DNA from: Escherichia phage vB_EcoM-CHD16UKE1
Sequence record: MZ234030.1
Reading direction: 5' to 3' (one strand)
Length of the DNA stretch: 64,000 bases
The notes under the pieces are model-generated. The model saw only the letters and a list, made by a program, of their open reading frames with translations. It was not told the DNA's origin and made no database searches. Both the position numbers and the translations under genes were made by a program. Shown here in pieces: positions 55,148-64,000 of this stretch (position 1 is the first letter of the stretch; every line of letters starts with the position of its first letter).

Positions 55148-55491
55148 GTAATACGACAGCAGGTTTGCTATTAATTGTAATTGCATTAGGCGGAACTTCT
55201 TTAATTTTAAAAAATAAAATTGAAAGATTAGAAACGTCTGTTGTAGAAATTACAAAAACGGCCAATGAAAACGCCTTAGCATTAAATAATTTGCGAATTC
55301 AGTATAATTATATTGATGCGATGAATAATAAAAATCGTGAGGCGATTGCTGCTATTGAGCGTGAAAATGAAAAACTGCGCAAAGATGCAAAGAAGGCGGA
55401 TGTGGTGGCTCGTAAGCCAGGATTGGTTGAAAAACAAATCAACAACTCCTTCAACAAGTTCGCAGAAGACATCCAGGACCTTTCTAAATGA
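55138..55491 (+). CDS. Hypothetical membrane-anchored coiled-coil protein
   Basis: 117 aa; N-terminal TM helix. Confidence 0.45.
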   Translation: MQLSNTTAGLLLIVIALGGTSLILKNKIERLETSVVEITKTANENALALNNLRIQYNYIDAMNNKNREAIAAIERENEKLRKDAKKADVVARKPGLVEKQINNSFNKFAEDIQDLSK

Positions 55492-55787
55492 TTAAACTAT
55501 CAGCAGTAATATTATCTATTGGTCTTCTAGTTGGTTGTTCGACAAAGCCTCTAGAAGTAAAGAAAGAAACAGTTCATCCTAATTGGCCTGTACAGATAAA
55601 GTCATATGATGAAGCTAAACTATCTTGGCAAGTTAAAGTTATTGATGGTAAAGCTTGGGTCGGTATGCCATTTGAAGATTCCCAGGAATTTCGTATTTGG
55701 CTTAATGATGTAAAACGATATGTACATGACCAAAAAACTATGATATGTTATTATCGTCAAGAGTTAAAAGAGGATAAATGTAAATGA
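55488..55787 (+). CDS. Putative lipoprotein
   Basis: 99 aa; lipobox LVGC. Confidence 0.5.
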   Translation: MIKLSAVILSIGLLVGCSTKPLEVKKETVHPNWPVQIKSYDEAKLSWQVKVIDGKAWVGMPFEDSQEFRIWLNDVKRYVHDQKTMICYYRQELKEDKCK

Positions 55788-56010
55788 TTTCATGGCATCA
55801 ATTTGAACATCTCAAAGGATTGATTTATGAATCCGAGATGGCTGCAATGATTTATGGACGCCAGATTCAGCGGTTAGAATCTTTACCTCCAACTAATGAT
55901 GTTTTATTAGCTCAATCCCGTGCTAATCTCAAAAATGAATATCAAAATAAGTGGGGTAAAGCATCTAAAGACCTGCATGATTATATTCAATCATTAGTTG
56001 AGAAAAATAA

Positions 56011-56014
<4 letters not shown>
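55784..56014 (+). CDS. Hypothetical protein
   Basis: 76-aa ORF. Confidence 0.4.
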
Positions 56015-57232
<1,218 letters not shown>

Positions 57233-57233
<1 letters not shown>

Positions 57234-57430
57234 TGGCTTGGCACCATGAAACTTGGGCTATTGTTATTGTAAATAGCGGTTTAGTTGGTACTAGTAATGG
57301 GCAATTTTGTGTATTTACTAGTGAAAATAGAGCATGGGAGGAATGCCTTAAATTAAGAGAAAAGAATCCTGATGTTGAACTAGTAGTAAAGAAAACTAAA
57401 CTGCCTTTACCATGGAAAACGTATGAATAA
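57233..57430 (+). CDS. Hypothetical protein
   Basis: 65 aa from ATG overlapping pseT stop. Confidence 0.4.
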
Positions 57431-57623
57431 CATAGAAAAGATTTATCGTCTTTGTGATAAAATTGAAAAAGAAAAGAAATATCTATTTTGTCTATGGCCT
57501 ATTGTTGACGGAAGAGTAGGCCTAGATGTTCTTGATTATGAAACAGAAGACAAAGTAGATGGCGCAACTTTTGATAACGCTTTGGATGTTATTGATTGGC
57601 TTGAAGAAAATTATGTGAGGTAA
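57423..57623 (+). CDS. Hypothetical protein
   Basis: 66-aa ORF. Confidence 0.4.
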   Translation: MNNIEKIYRLCDKIEKEKKYLFCLWPIVDGRVGLDVLDYETEDKVDGATFDNALDVIDWLEENYVR

Positions 57624-57625
57624 AT

Positions 57626-57901
57626 ATGTTTCCGACTTACTCTAAAATCGTAGAAGTAGTGTTTAGCCAAATTATCGCTAATAATATGTTTGAAAAACTT
57701 GATAACGCAGCTGAGCTTCGAATCCATGCTCAAGTGACTCATGTATTGAACACTTTGCTTCCAGACCAGGTGGATTCTGTTGCCATCACGTTGTATCCAG
57801 GTTCCGCGCATATCATTGTCGTATTCGGTCTTGATGCTGAGCTAGTCATCAAAGGCGATATTCGCTTTGAATCACAGACATCAGAATTCAAAGCAATTTA
57901 A
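57626..57901 (+). CDS. Hypothetical protein
   Basis: 91-aa ORF. Confidence 0.4.
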   Translation: MFPTYSKIVEVVFSQIIANNMFEKLDNAAELRIHAQVTHVLNTLLPDQVDSVAITLYPGSAHIIVVFGLDAELVIKGDIRFESQTSEFKAI

Positions 57902-57902
57902 A

Positions 57903-57932
57903 GTTTACTTTACGGTAGAGTTGTGATATTAT
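57903..57932 (+). promoter_or_regulatory. T4-type early promoter
   Basis: GTTTAC then TATTAT. Confidence 0.55.
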
Positions 57933-57962
57933 AGCTCTACCAAAACAAATGAGGAAATTGAA

Positions 57963-58490
57963 ATGAGCGAATGGTTTGAAGAAGATAAGGTTTATCGCTT
58001 TAAAGCTGGATATAAAGATATTTTTAATGAAACTTGCGGGGCTAATAAACGAATTGCCCAGTTTATTGGGGAAAATTCATTTAAAGTAAAAATAGATCCT
58101 GCGAAAAATGTTATTAGCATTAAACGTGAAATTGATGATTGTTGGTATAAAGCTGTTGATGTAATGGGTGAATCCTATAAAGTTAGCCCGTTATTTTCAA
58201 TTGCTTATATGTTAGAATATTCTTTTTTCGAAGAAGTTCAAAAAGATGATTCTGTAAGTAAATTTGAAATTAAAACTGATAAAGAAATTAAGTGGAAAGT
58301 AGTAGGTATTACTGGTTGCATGTTTTATATCTATGCTCAAACTGATACAAAGGAAGAAGCTAAAAAGAAAGCTCTAGAATATCTTGAAGAGTATGAAGAA
58401 GGCCCGGTAATGATTACTCAAGATGCTGAATTAGTTTCTGTCAAATTAGTTAAAAACGTTGAAAGTAAGGAGCTGGGATCAACATGCTAA
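57963..58490 (+). CDS. Hypothetical protein
   Basis: 175-aa ORF with RBS GAGGAAA. Confidence 0.45.
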   Translation: MSEWFEEDKVYRFKAGYKDIFNETCGANKRIAQFIGENSFKVKIDPAKNVISIKREIDDCWYKAVDVMGESYKVSPLFSIAYMLEYSFFEEVQKDDSVSKFEIKTDKEIKWKVVGITGCMFYIYAQTDTKEEAKKKALEYLEEYEEGPVMITQDAELVSVKLVKNVESKELGSTC

Positions 58491-58720
58491 GTGAAAAACC
58501 AATTACTGTTAAAGAATTCCAAGAAAAAGTTAAACTATTTGCGCAGGAATTAGTAAATAAGGTTTCTGAACGATTTCCCGAAACATCGGTTCGTGTTATT
58601 ACCGAAACTCCTCGTTCAGTATTAGTAATTGTGAATCCAGGTGATGGCGATCAAATATCGCATCTTAAACTGGATTTTGATGGGTTAGTTGAAGCACAAA
58701 GGGTGTATGGCGTACTATGA
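58484..58720 (+). CDS. Hypothetical protein
   Basis: 78-aa ORF. Confidence 0.4.
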   Translation: MLSEKPITVKEFQEKVKLFAQELVNKVSERFPETSVRVITETPRSVLVIVNPGDGDQISHLKLDFDGLVEAQRVYGVL

Positions 58721-59055
58721 TGAATTTAACTGATATAATTGATAATTGTCTTGAAAATGATACTGGCGATCATAGAGCGCTTGATTCTGAAACAGCACAG
58801 TTCATTAGAATAACTTTAATGAATGATACTTTGGTGAATAGTATTCATCCTTCTGTGTATGATGCTATTATTGTGACGAAGTATCCAGTTGAGCTTCACA
58901 AAAAGATGGTTGGTGCAATTTTTATTGATAAGAAAAACCGCTTTAAAGATGGGCAGAATATAATTAGTTCTGTTATTAAAAGTATAACTAAACTTCGTCA
59001 CGAAATTTATCGTGTTGAAACTGCTAAATCTGCTTATCTGGTGATTATGAAATGA
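58717..59055 (+). CDS. Hypothetical protein
   Basis: 112-aa ORF. Confidence 0.4.
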   Translation: MMNLTDIIDNCLENDTGDHRALDSETAQFIRITLMNDTLVNSIHPSVYDAIIVTKYPVELHKKMVGAIFIDKKNRFKDGQNIISSVIKSITKLRHEIYRVETAKSAYLVIMK

Positions 59056-59633
59056 AAGCGAGTACAGTACTTCAAATTGCATATTTAGTATCGCAAGAAT
59101 CAAAATGTTGCTCCTGGAAGGTAGGAGCAGTAATTGAAAAGAATGGACGTATTATTTCTACTGGGTATAATGGTTCACCTGCAGGGGGTGTGAACTGTTG
59201 TGATTATGCTGCTGAGCAAGGTTGGTTGCTGAATAAACCTAAACATACTATCATTCAAGGTCATAAGCCTGAATGTGTATCATTTGGTTCAACTGATCGT
59301 TTTGTCTTGGCGAAAGAACATCGTAGTGCTCACTCGGAATGGTCATCTAAAAATGAAATTCATGCTGAACTAAATGCGATTTTGTTTGCTGCACGAAATG
59401 GTTCTTCAATTGAAGGTGCTACTATGTATGTAACACTTTCTCCTTGTCCGGATTGCGCAAAAGCGATAGCTCAGTCTGGAATTAAAAAACTGGTTTATTG
59501 CGAAACATACGATAAAAATAAACCTGGCTGGGATGATATTCTGCGAAATGCAGGTATTGAAGTGTTTAATGTTCCTAAGAAAAACTTAAATAAGTTAAAC
59601 TGGGAAAATATCAACGAATTCTGTGGTGAATAA
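59052..59633 (+). CDS. cd: dCMP deaminase
   Basis: 193 aa; zinc motifs HAE...PCxxC. Confidence 0.88.
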   Translation: MKASTVLQIAYLVSQESKCCSWKVGAVIEKNGRIISTGYNGSPAGGVNCCDYAAEQGWLLNKPKHTIIQGHKPECVSFGSTDRFVLAKEHRSAHSEWSSKNEIHAELNAILFAARNGSSIEGATMYVTLSPCPDCAKAIAQSGIKKLVYCETYDKNKPGWDDILRNAGIEVFNVPKKNLNKLNWENINEFCGE

Positions 59634-59869
59634 TGAAATTTCGTTTGGTACAGCTCACAGCAATTAGTTCTTATTCCAACGAGAACATTTCATTTGCTGT
59701 AGAGTATAAGAAGTATTTTTTCTCTAAATGGAAGCAGTATTATAAGTCAAACTGGGTTTGTATTGATAGACCACATAGTTGGAAATCTGATTTAGAAAAA
59801 TGCCAAAAATTACTTTCCACTCTTAAAGAACGTGGAACAACTCATATTAAAACTGTAATAGGTAAATAA
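59633..59869 (+). CDS. Hypothetical protein
   Basis: 78-aa ORF. Confidence 0.4.
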   Translation: MKFRLVQLTAISSYSNENISFAVEYKKYFFSKWKQYYKSNWVCIDRPHSWKSDLEKCQKLLSTLKERGTTHIKTVIGK

Positions 59870-60178
59870 ATGAAACTGACGACTGAACAAAAAGTAGCAA
59901 TTCGTGAAATTTTGAAAACTAAATTGTCCATGGGTGTTTCAAACGTAGTTTTTGAAAAGTCTGATGGTACTATTCGTGTTATGAAAGGTACTCGCGATGC
60001 TGACTTTATGCCAACCATGCAAACTGGTAAATTGACTGAATCTACTCGGAAAGAATCTACTGATATGATTCCAGTATTTGATGTTGAACTTGGTGCATGG
60101 CGAGGTTTTTCTATTGACAAATTGATTTCCGTTAATGGTATGAAAGTTGAGCATTTGCTCCAATTTATTGGTAAATAA
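59870..60178 (+). CDS. Hypothetical protein
   Basis: 102-aa ORF. Confidence 0.4.
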   Translation: MKLTTEQKVAIREILKTKLSMGVSNVVFEKSDGTIRVMKGTRDADFMPTMQTGKLTESTRKESTDMIPVFDVELGAWRGFSIDKLISVNGMKVEHLLQFIGK

Positions 60179-60234
60179 ATGCTTTAAGAATTATTTGTTA
60201 TTATTAATTCATCTGTTAACAAAAAGGAAAAACG

Positions 60235-60570
60235 ATGTCTGAAGTACAACAGCTACCAATTCGTGCTGTCGGTGAATATGTTATTTTAGTTTCTGAACCT
60301 GCACAAGCCGGTGATGAAGAAGTTACAGAATCAGGACTTATTATCGGTAAACGTGTTCAAGGTGAAGTTCCTGAACTATGTGTAGTTCATTCTGTAGGTC
60401 CTGATGTTCCTGAAGGTTTCTGTGAAGTTGGTGATTTGACTTCTCTTCCAGTTGGTCAAATTCGAAACGTTCCACACCCTTTTGTAGCTCTGGGTCTTAA
60501 GCAGCCAAAAGAAATTAAACAAAAATTCGTTACCTGTCACTATAAAGCTATTCCGTGTCTTTATAAGTGA
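60235..60570 (+). CDS. 31: Co-chaperonin gp31 (GroES-like)
   Basis: 111 aa; recalled as T4 gp31. Confidence 0.88.
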
Positions 60571-60578
60571 TATAAATA
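60571..60578 (+). promoter_or_regulatory. T4 late promoter TATAAATA
   Basis: Exact TATAAATA right after gene 31 stop, about 140 nt upstream of rIII. Confidence 0.5.
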
Positions 60579-60717
60579 ATAATATGAATTGGGTGTCGGA
60601 ATAATAAGTTAACCGAACAATTCTATGTGGTAGTCTACAACTGAGAGATCTGTCGAAAGAAGATGAAATTCAGAAGAACGTGACTACCGAGTTTTAATCT
60701 CTAACGAGAATTTTTAA

Positions 60718-60966
60718 ATGATTAAACAATTACAACACGCTCTTGAACTGCAACGAAACGCATGGAATAATGGTCACGAAAACTATGGCGCATCTATTGA
60801 TGTTGAAGCCGAAGCTCTTGAAATCCTGCGTTATTTCAAACATCTGAATCCTGCTCAAACTGCATTAGCTGCTGAGCTTCAGGAAAAAGATGAACTTAAA
60901 TATGCTAAGCCTCTGGCTTCTGCTGCACGAAAAGCAGTTCGTCACTTTGTGGTAACACTGAAGTAA
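60718..60966 (+). CDS. rIII: rIII lysis-inhibition accessory protein
   Basis: 82 aa; recalled as T4 rIII. Confidence 0.85.
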   Translation: MIKQLQHALELQRNAWNNGHENYGASIDVEAEALEILRYFKHLNPAQTALAAELQEKDELKYAKPLASAARKAVRHFVVTLK

Positions 60967-61364
60967 TTTATTGGAGAGTCACTGCCTTAGTGTGAAGTTA
61001 AAACGAGGAGCCGTCGAACTGTCTGATTAATGATTTGCGAATCATTATAGTTTTAAGACCCCGGCAGTTTTACGGTGTACCTCTTGAATGTTATTCTTAT
61101 AGCGGCAAGTGCATGCTACCCCGAGGTGATGGCCAATCGGGAGTACGCCTCAAGGCCTATATATCCATCAGTATATATCTTATCCTCGAGAAATCGAACC
61201 CGGAACCTTTAAGCTAACGGTGTGCAACAGATAAGAGCTATAAGGTATGATGACGGGTTTATGGTTATCCTGGTCGTTAAATATCAAAAAACCTATGTTC
61301 CCCTTGAGGGCTTGCGCAGGCAATGCCAATAAGTCCTGCATTTTCATTTAAAAGAGAATTTATA

Positions 61365-61541
61365 ATGGCAAAACAAGCTAAAGCAAAGAAAGCAGTTGAA
61401 AAGAAAGTTGGTGATTCTAAACGCGCTGGCTACAAGCGTGGGTCGAACTCTCGTATCAATCAAACTGTTGAGAAGATCATGCGCCGAGCACGTGCGGTTC
61501 TTCGAGATGATGCTTCTCGTTTTGGTAAGCAGAAAGCATAA
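61365..61541 (+). CDS. Hypothetical small basic protein
   Basis: 58 aa from ATG 61365; Lys/Arg-rich; followed by strong terminator. Confidence 0.45.
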   Translation: MAKQAKAKKAVEKKVGDSKRAGYKRGSNSRINQTVEKIMRRARAVLRDDASRFGKQKA

Positions 61542-61546
61542 GTTGA

Positions 61547-61571
61547 GGACTCCTTCGGGAGTCCTTTTTTA
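61547..61571 (+). terminator. Rho-independent terminator
   Basis: GGACTCC-TTCG-GGAGTCC then TTTTTT; same hairpin as after soc. Confidence 0.8.
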
Positions 61572-61594
61572 TTTTCCAAAGATTGCATAAAGTT

Positions 61595-61624
61595 GTTTAC
61601 AGTATGGTTCCTTTGTGATAGTAT
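61595..61624 (+). promoter_or_regulatory. T4-type early promoter
   Basis: GTTTAC then TAGTAT. Confidence 0.5.
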
Positions 61625-61651
61625 TATCTTACACAAACAAAGGAGAATAAA

Positions 61652-61984
61652 ATGAAAACGATTAATCTGAACGCTGCAGTTAAAACTAAATGCTTCAATG
61701 GTAAATATGATGAAACTATGTGGTTCTTAATGGCAGTTGAAGGTGATATTATTGAAGTAGAAACAACAGAAGGTATGGGAACAGATTTCACCTTTACAAT
61801 TCAAGTTCATAATTTCTTTACTGGTTGGATTTATGAATTGAATACAGTAATCGTTGGAAAAATTGAACAAAATGAATTAGGTGAATGGTATTATGTTACA
61901 GCTCGCCAACGTGCCGAACGCTTAATTGAGAAGATGAAAAAAGTTGGTAAACTTGACATGCAGCATTGGAAAGTAGTAAAATAA
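61652..61984 (+). CDS. Hypothetical protein
   Basis: 110-aa ORF with RBS AAGGAG. Confidence 0.45.
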   Translation: MKTINLNAAVKTKCFNGKYDETMWFLMAVEGDIIEVETTEGMGTDFTFTIQVHNFFTGWIYELNTVIVGKIEQNELGEWYYVTARQRAERLIEKMKKVGKLDMQHWKVVK

Positions 61985-61986
61985 TT

Positions 61987-62015
61987 GTTTACTTTGGTAC
62001 AGGATATGATATTAT
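61987..62015 (+). promoter_or_regulatory. T4-type early promoter
   Basis: GTTTAC then TATTAT. Confidence 0.5.
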
Positions 62016-62051
62016 ATACCTGTACCGCAATTAAACATCTTGGAGAATAAA

Positions 62052-62426
62052 ATGAACTACATCAACTTTGAACGTAAATATGTTTCTAATGTTTCTAACG
62101 GTATTACAGGTTCTATTGATACTATTTGCCTTTGGAAACATCAAAATGGATCAGTATGCGAAATTGAGCAGTATATGACTCCTAATTACGTTTATATGCG
62201 ATTTGAAAACGGTATCACGGTTTCAATCACGATGGAAGGTTCCAACTTTAAAATCGCTCTGGATGATGATTTCCGTGAACGCGATTTAGGGACTCATCCT
62301 TGCTGGAATGGCGTTAATCGCAAGCTTTTGGTTAAAACTTGGATTCGTCATATTCTGAGTAACAGAGCTAAACCTGAGCATCTTGAAGCAATCTTTGATG
62401 TAGTTCTTAACGAATTTGATATTTAA
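62052..62426 (+). CDS. Hypothetical protein
   Basis: 124 aa from ATG 62052. Confidence 0.45.
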   Translation: MNYINFERKYVSNVSNGITGSIDTICLWKHQNGSVCEIEQYMTPNYVYMRFENGITVSITMEGSNFKIALDDDFRERDLGTHPCWNGVNRKLLVKTWIRHILSNRAKPEHLEAIFDVVLNEFDI

Positions 62427-62466
62427 AATAAATGAGGGGCTTTGGCCCCTTACTGAGGAAAATGTT

Positions 62467-62754
62467 ATGTTTATGACTACTTATTTTGATACCCGTAAAA
62501 ACTTCTGCGAAGTAGTTTTCTCAAAGGCGCCTAAAGACCTTCCTGCTCATTTGCAGCCTACCAGTGAATCGATTAAAAATTACGTTGATGTGGTTTGTCC
62601 TTTAGAATTCCGTACAGTAAATGGGCGTGATACTTTAGCTATCACTAAACTCAATCGCGAAATTGACATTGACCCTTCAATTGCGCGCGAAATTAATATC
62701 TCTGATATTGGTGGTGGTAATGTTAAATCGCATGGTTTTCAGATGAGGTTCTAA
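62467..62754 (+). CDS. Hypothetical protein
   Basis: 95 aa from ATG 62467 (track start is non-ATG). Confidence 0.4.
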   Translation: MFMTTYFDTRKNFCEVVFSKAPKDLPAHLQPTSESIKNYVDVVCPLEFRTVNGRDTLAITKLNREIDIDPSIAREINISDIGGGNVKSHGFQMRF

Positions 62755-62951
62755 TGAAATTCTTTTTAGGTCAAACTGTTGAATTAAAGGGAGTTGGTAT
62801 ACCTGGATTAATTTCTAAGGTTCTACCTCCATTTAAATGGAGTGGTGTTCAAATAAAAGAGGCTTATATTGTTTCCTGGGTAGATGGAAATGAAGACCTT
62901 CGTATGGGTGATGAATTATCTCCTATTTACGGATTAAAGGAACTAGTATGA
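62754..62951 (+). CDS. Hypothetical protein
   Basis: 65-aa ORF. Confidence 0.4.
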   Translation: MKFFLGQTVELKGVGIPGLISKVLPPFKWSGVQIKEAYIVSWVDGNEDLRMGDELSPIYGLKELV

Positions 62952-63154
62952 ATATAATTAATAAGATTTTTGGAATTCAGTACATTAAGGTCACATATAA
63001 AGTAACAGATAAAAATCCATATACTGATGAACATGAAGAACCACAAGTTAAGTCTATTATATTAGAAAAGGACCCTAACTGGCCAGTTGAATTTCGTCTT
63101 CCTTGCTATGGTCATTGGGCTGATGTTGAAATTATAAGCATTGAAAATGTCTGA
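62948..63154 (+). CDS. Hypothetical protein
   Basis: 68-aa ORF. Confidence 0.4.
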   Translation: MNIINKIFGIQYIKVTYKVTDKNPYTDEHEEPQVKSIILEKDPNWPVEFRLPCYGHWADVEIISIENV

Positions 63155-63605
63155 GTTAGAGATTAGAAGTAATTTTAGGTGGCCATCATGTGCATTAAGT
63201 AATTTCGCCCATTGGCCTTTCGTTATGGATGGTATTCAATTTGGAGGTCTTGAAGGATTCCTCCAAGGATGCAAGGTGAAAAACGTTGAACAACAACGTC
63301 GTATATTTGGGTTATCCGGGCTTGCCGCCCAACAAGCTGGAAGGTCTTATGCTAGAGCTCAGGACCGTGGGACCCTCTTCTGGATTGGAGTTCCGTTTTC
63401 AAGATACTCCCCGGCGTGGAAAGAATTATACACAAATGCATATTTTGAAGCAGCGATCCAAAACAAGGGCTTTCGTGATGCATTACAAGCCTCGAAAGGA
63501 AAAGTTTTGAAGCACAGCATGGCTAGTGGTCTAACAAAAGATGATACAATACTAACCGAAGCTGAATTTATTGATGTGTTAAACTTATTAAGAGACTCTT
63601 TATGA
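63141..63605 (+). CDS. NADAR/YbiA-like (DUF1768) protein, candidate ADP-ribose-processing enzyme
   Basis: 154 aa; LSNFAHWPF...DGIQFGGLEGF motif typical of the NADAR fold. Confidence 0.55.
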   Translation: MKMSELEIRSNFRWPSCALSNFAHWPFVMDGIQFGGLEGFLQGCKVKNVEQQRRIFGLSGLAAQQAGRSYARAQDRGTLFWIGVPFSRYSPAWKELYTNAYFEAAIQNKGFRDALQASKGKVLKHSMASGLTKDDTILTEAEFIDVLNLLRDSL

Positions 63606-64000
63606 AGCCTACTATTTTAACTGATATTGATGGAGTATGTTTAAGCTGGCAATCAGGTCTTCCTTATTTTGCTCAGAAATATAATCTTCCGTTGGAACAT
63701 ATTTTAAAAATGATCCAAGATGAGAAATTTATTTCTCCAGGTAAACTCTTTAATTGTGATGAAGAACTTGGCGTCAAGTTAATTGAAAAATACAATCGTT
63801 CAGATTTTATTCGTTACTTGTCTCCATATAAAGATGCTCTGTGCGTAATTAACAAATTAAAAGAAGATTATAATTTTGTAGCTGTTACAGCATTGGGTGA
63901 TTCTATTGACGCTCTGCTGAATCGTCAATTTAATTTGAATGCTCTTTTTCCTGGTGCCTTCTCAGAAGTACTGATGTGTGGTCATGATTCTTCAAAAGAA
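63602..64000 (+). CDS. HAD-superfamily hydrolase-like protein (5' part, truncated by window end)
   Basis: N-terminal LTDIDGV (DxDG) motif; ORF runs off the window. Confidence 0.5.
   Translation, partial: MKPTILTDIDGVCLSWQSGLPYFAQKYNLPLEHILKMIQDEKFISPGKLFNCDEELGVKLIEKYNRSDFIRYLSPYKDALCVINKLKEDYNFVAVTALGDSIDALLNRQFNLNALFPGAFSEVLMCGHDSSKE

Noticed and set aside
60583-60717. Short ORF (MNWVSE) right after the late promoter upstream of rIII
   Set aside because: Six codons, no RBS; more likely part of an untranslated leader
61170-61215. tRNA-like T-loop motif (GGTTCGATTTC on minus strand) in the GC-rich island
   Set aside because: I could not fold the flanking sequence into a cloverleaf with acceptor, D and anticodon arms; reported only as part of the unexplained island
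61035-61217. 60-aa ORF inside the GC-rich island
   Set aside because: No RBS, Cys/Pro/Arg-rich composition atypical of this phage; probably non-coding

Overview
This window is a T4-like (T-even, Tequatrovirus-type) myophage segment, AT-rich and densely packed with short genes, many joined by ATGA/TAATG stop-start overlaps. It is in the reverse orientation of the conventional T4 map. The + strand carries early/middle genes in the order: helicase 41, dmd/sp region, primase 61, dam, 56, soc, modB/modA, srd-like, dda, dexA, motB-like, topoisomerase 39, rIIA, rIIB, denB-like, ndd, topoisomerase 52, motA, arn-like, asiA; then, after the tail-fiber block, rnh, dsbA, 33, 59, a SegG-like GIY-YIG endonuclease, 32, frd, td (split by a group I intron carrying I-TevI), nrdA, nrdB, denA, rnlA, alc, pseT, cd, 31, rIII and several unassigned small ORFs. 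The - strand carries holin t and tail-fiber genes 38, 37, 36, 35, 34. Gene names are assigned from my recall of T4 proteins plus motifs and gene order; no database search was possible. Recurrent T4-type early promoters (GTTTAC, about 18 bp, TATAAT-like), late promoters (TATAAATA) and UUCG-type hairpin terminators are visible. The most notable observations are: (1) the T2-type adhesin gene 38 is split into two frames exactly at a perfect 55-bp tandem duplication; (2) a 186-aa ORF with a PD-(D/E)xK-like nuclease motif is translationally coupled to dam, next to an opposite-strand membrane ORF, in the 61-dam junction; (3) an unusually GC-rich non-coding island of about 400 bp lies downstream of rIII. 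The intron and homing-endonuclease content is mosaic relative to T4: td intron and segG-like gene present, but topoisomerase gene 39 unsplit, nrdB intronless, and no endonuclease gene between 56 and soc. The ORF track uses GTG/TTG as starts in places, so several starts were moved to the first ATG with a ribosome-binding site. Coordinates of small motifs may be off by 1.
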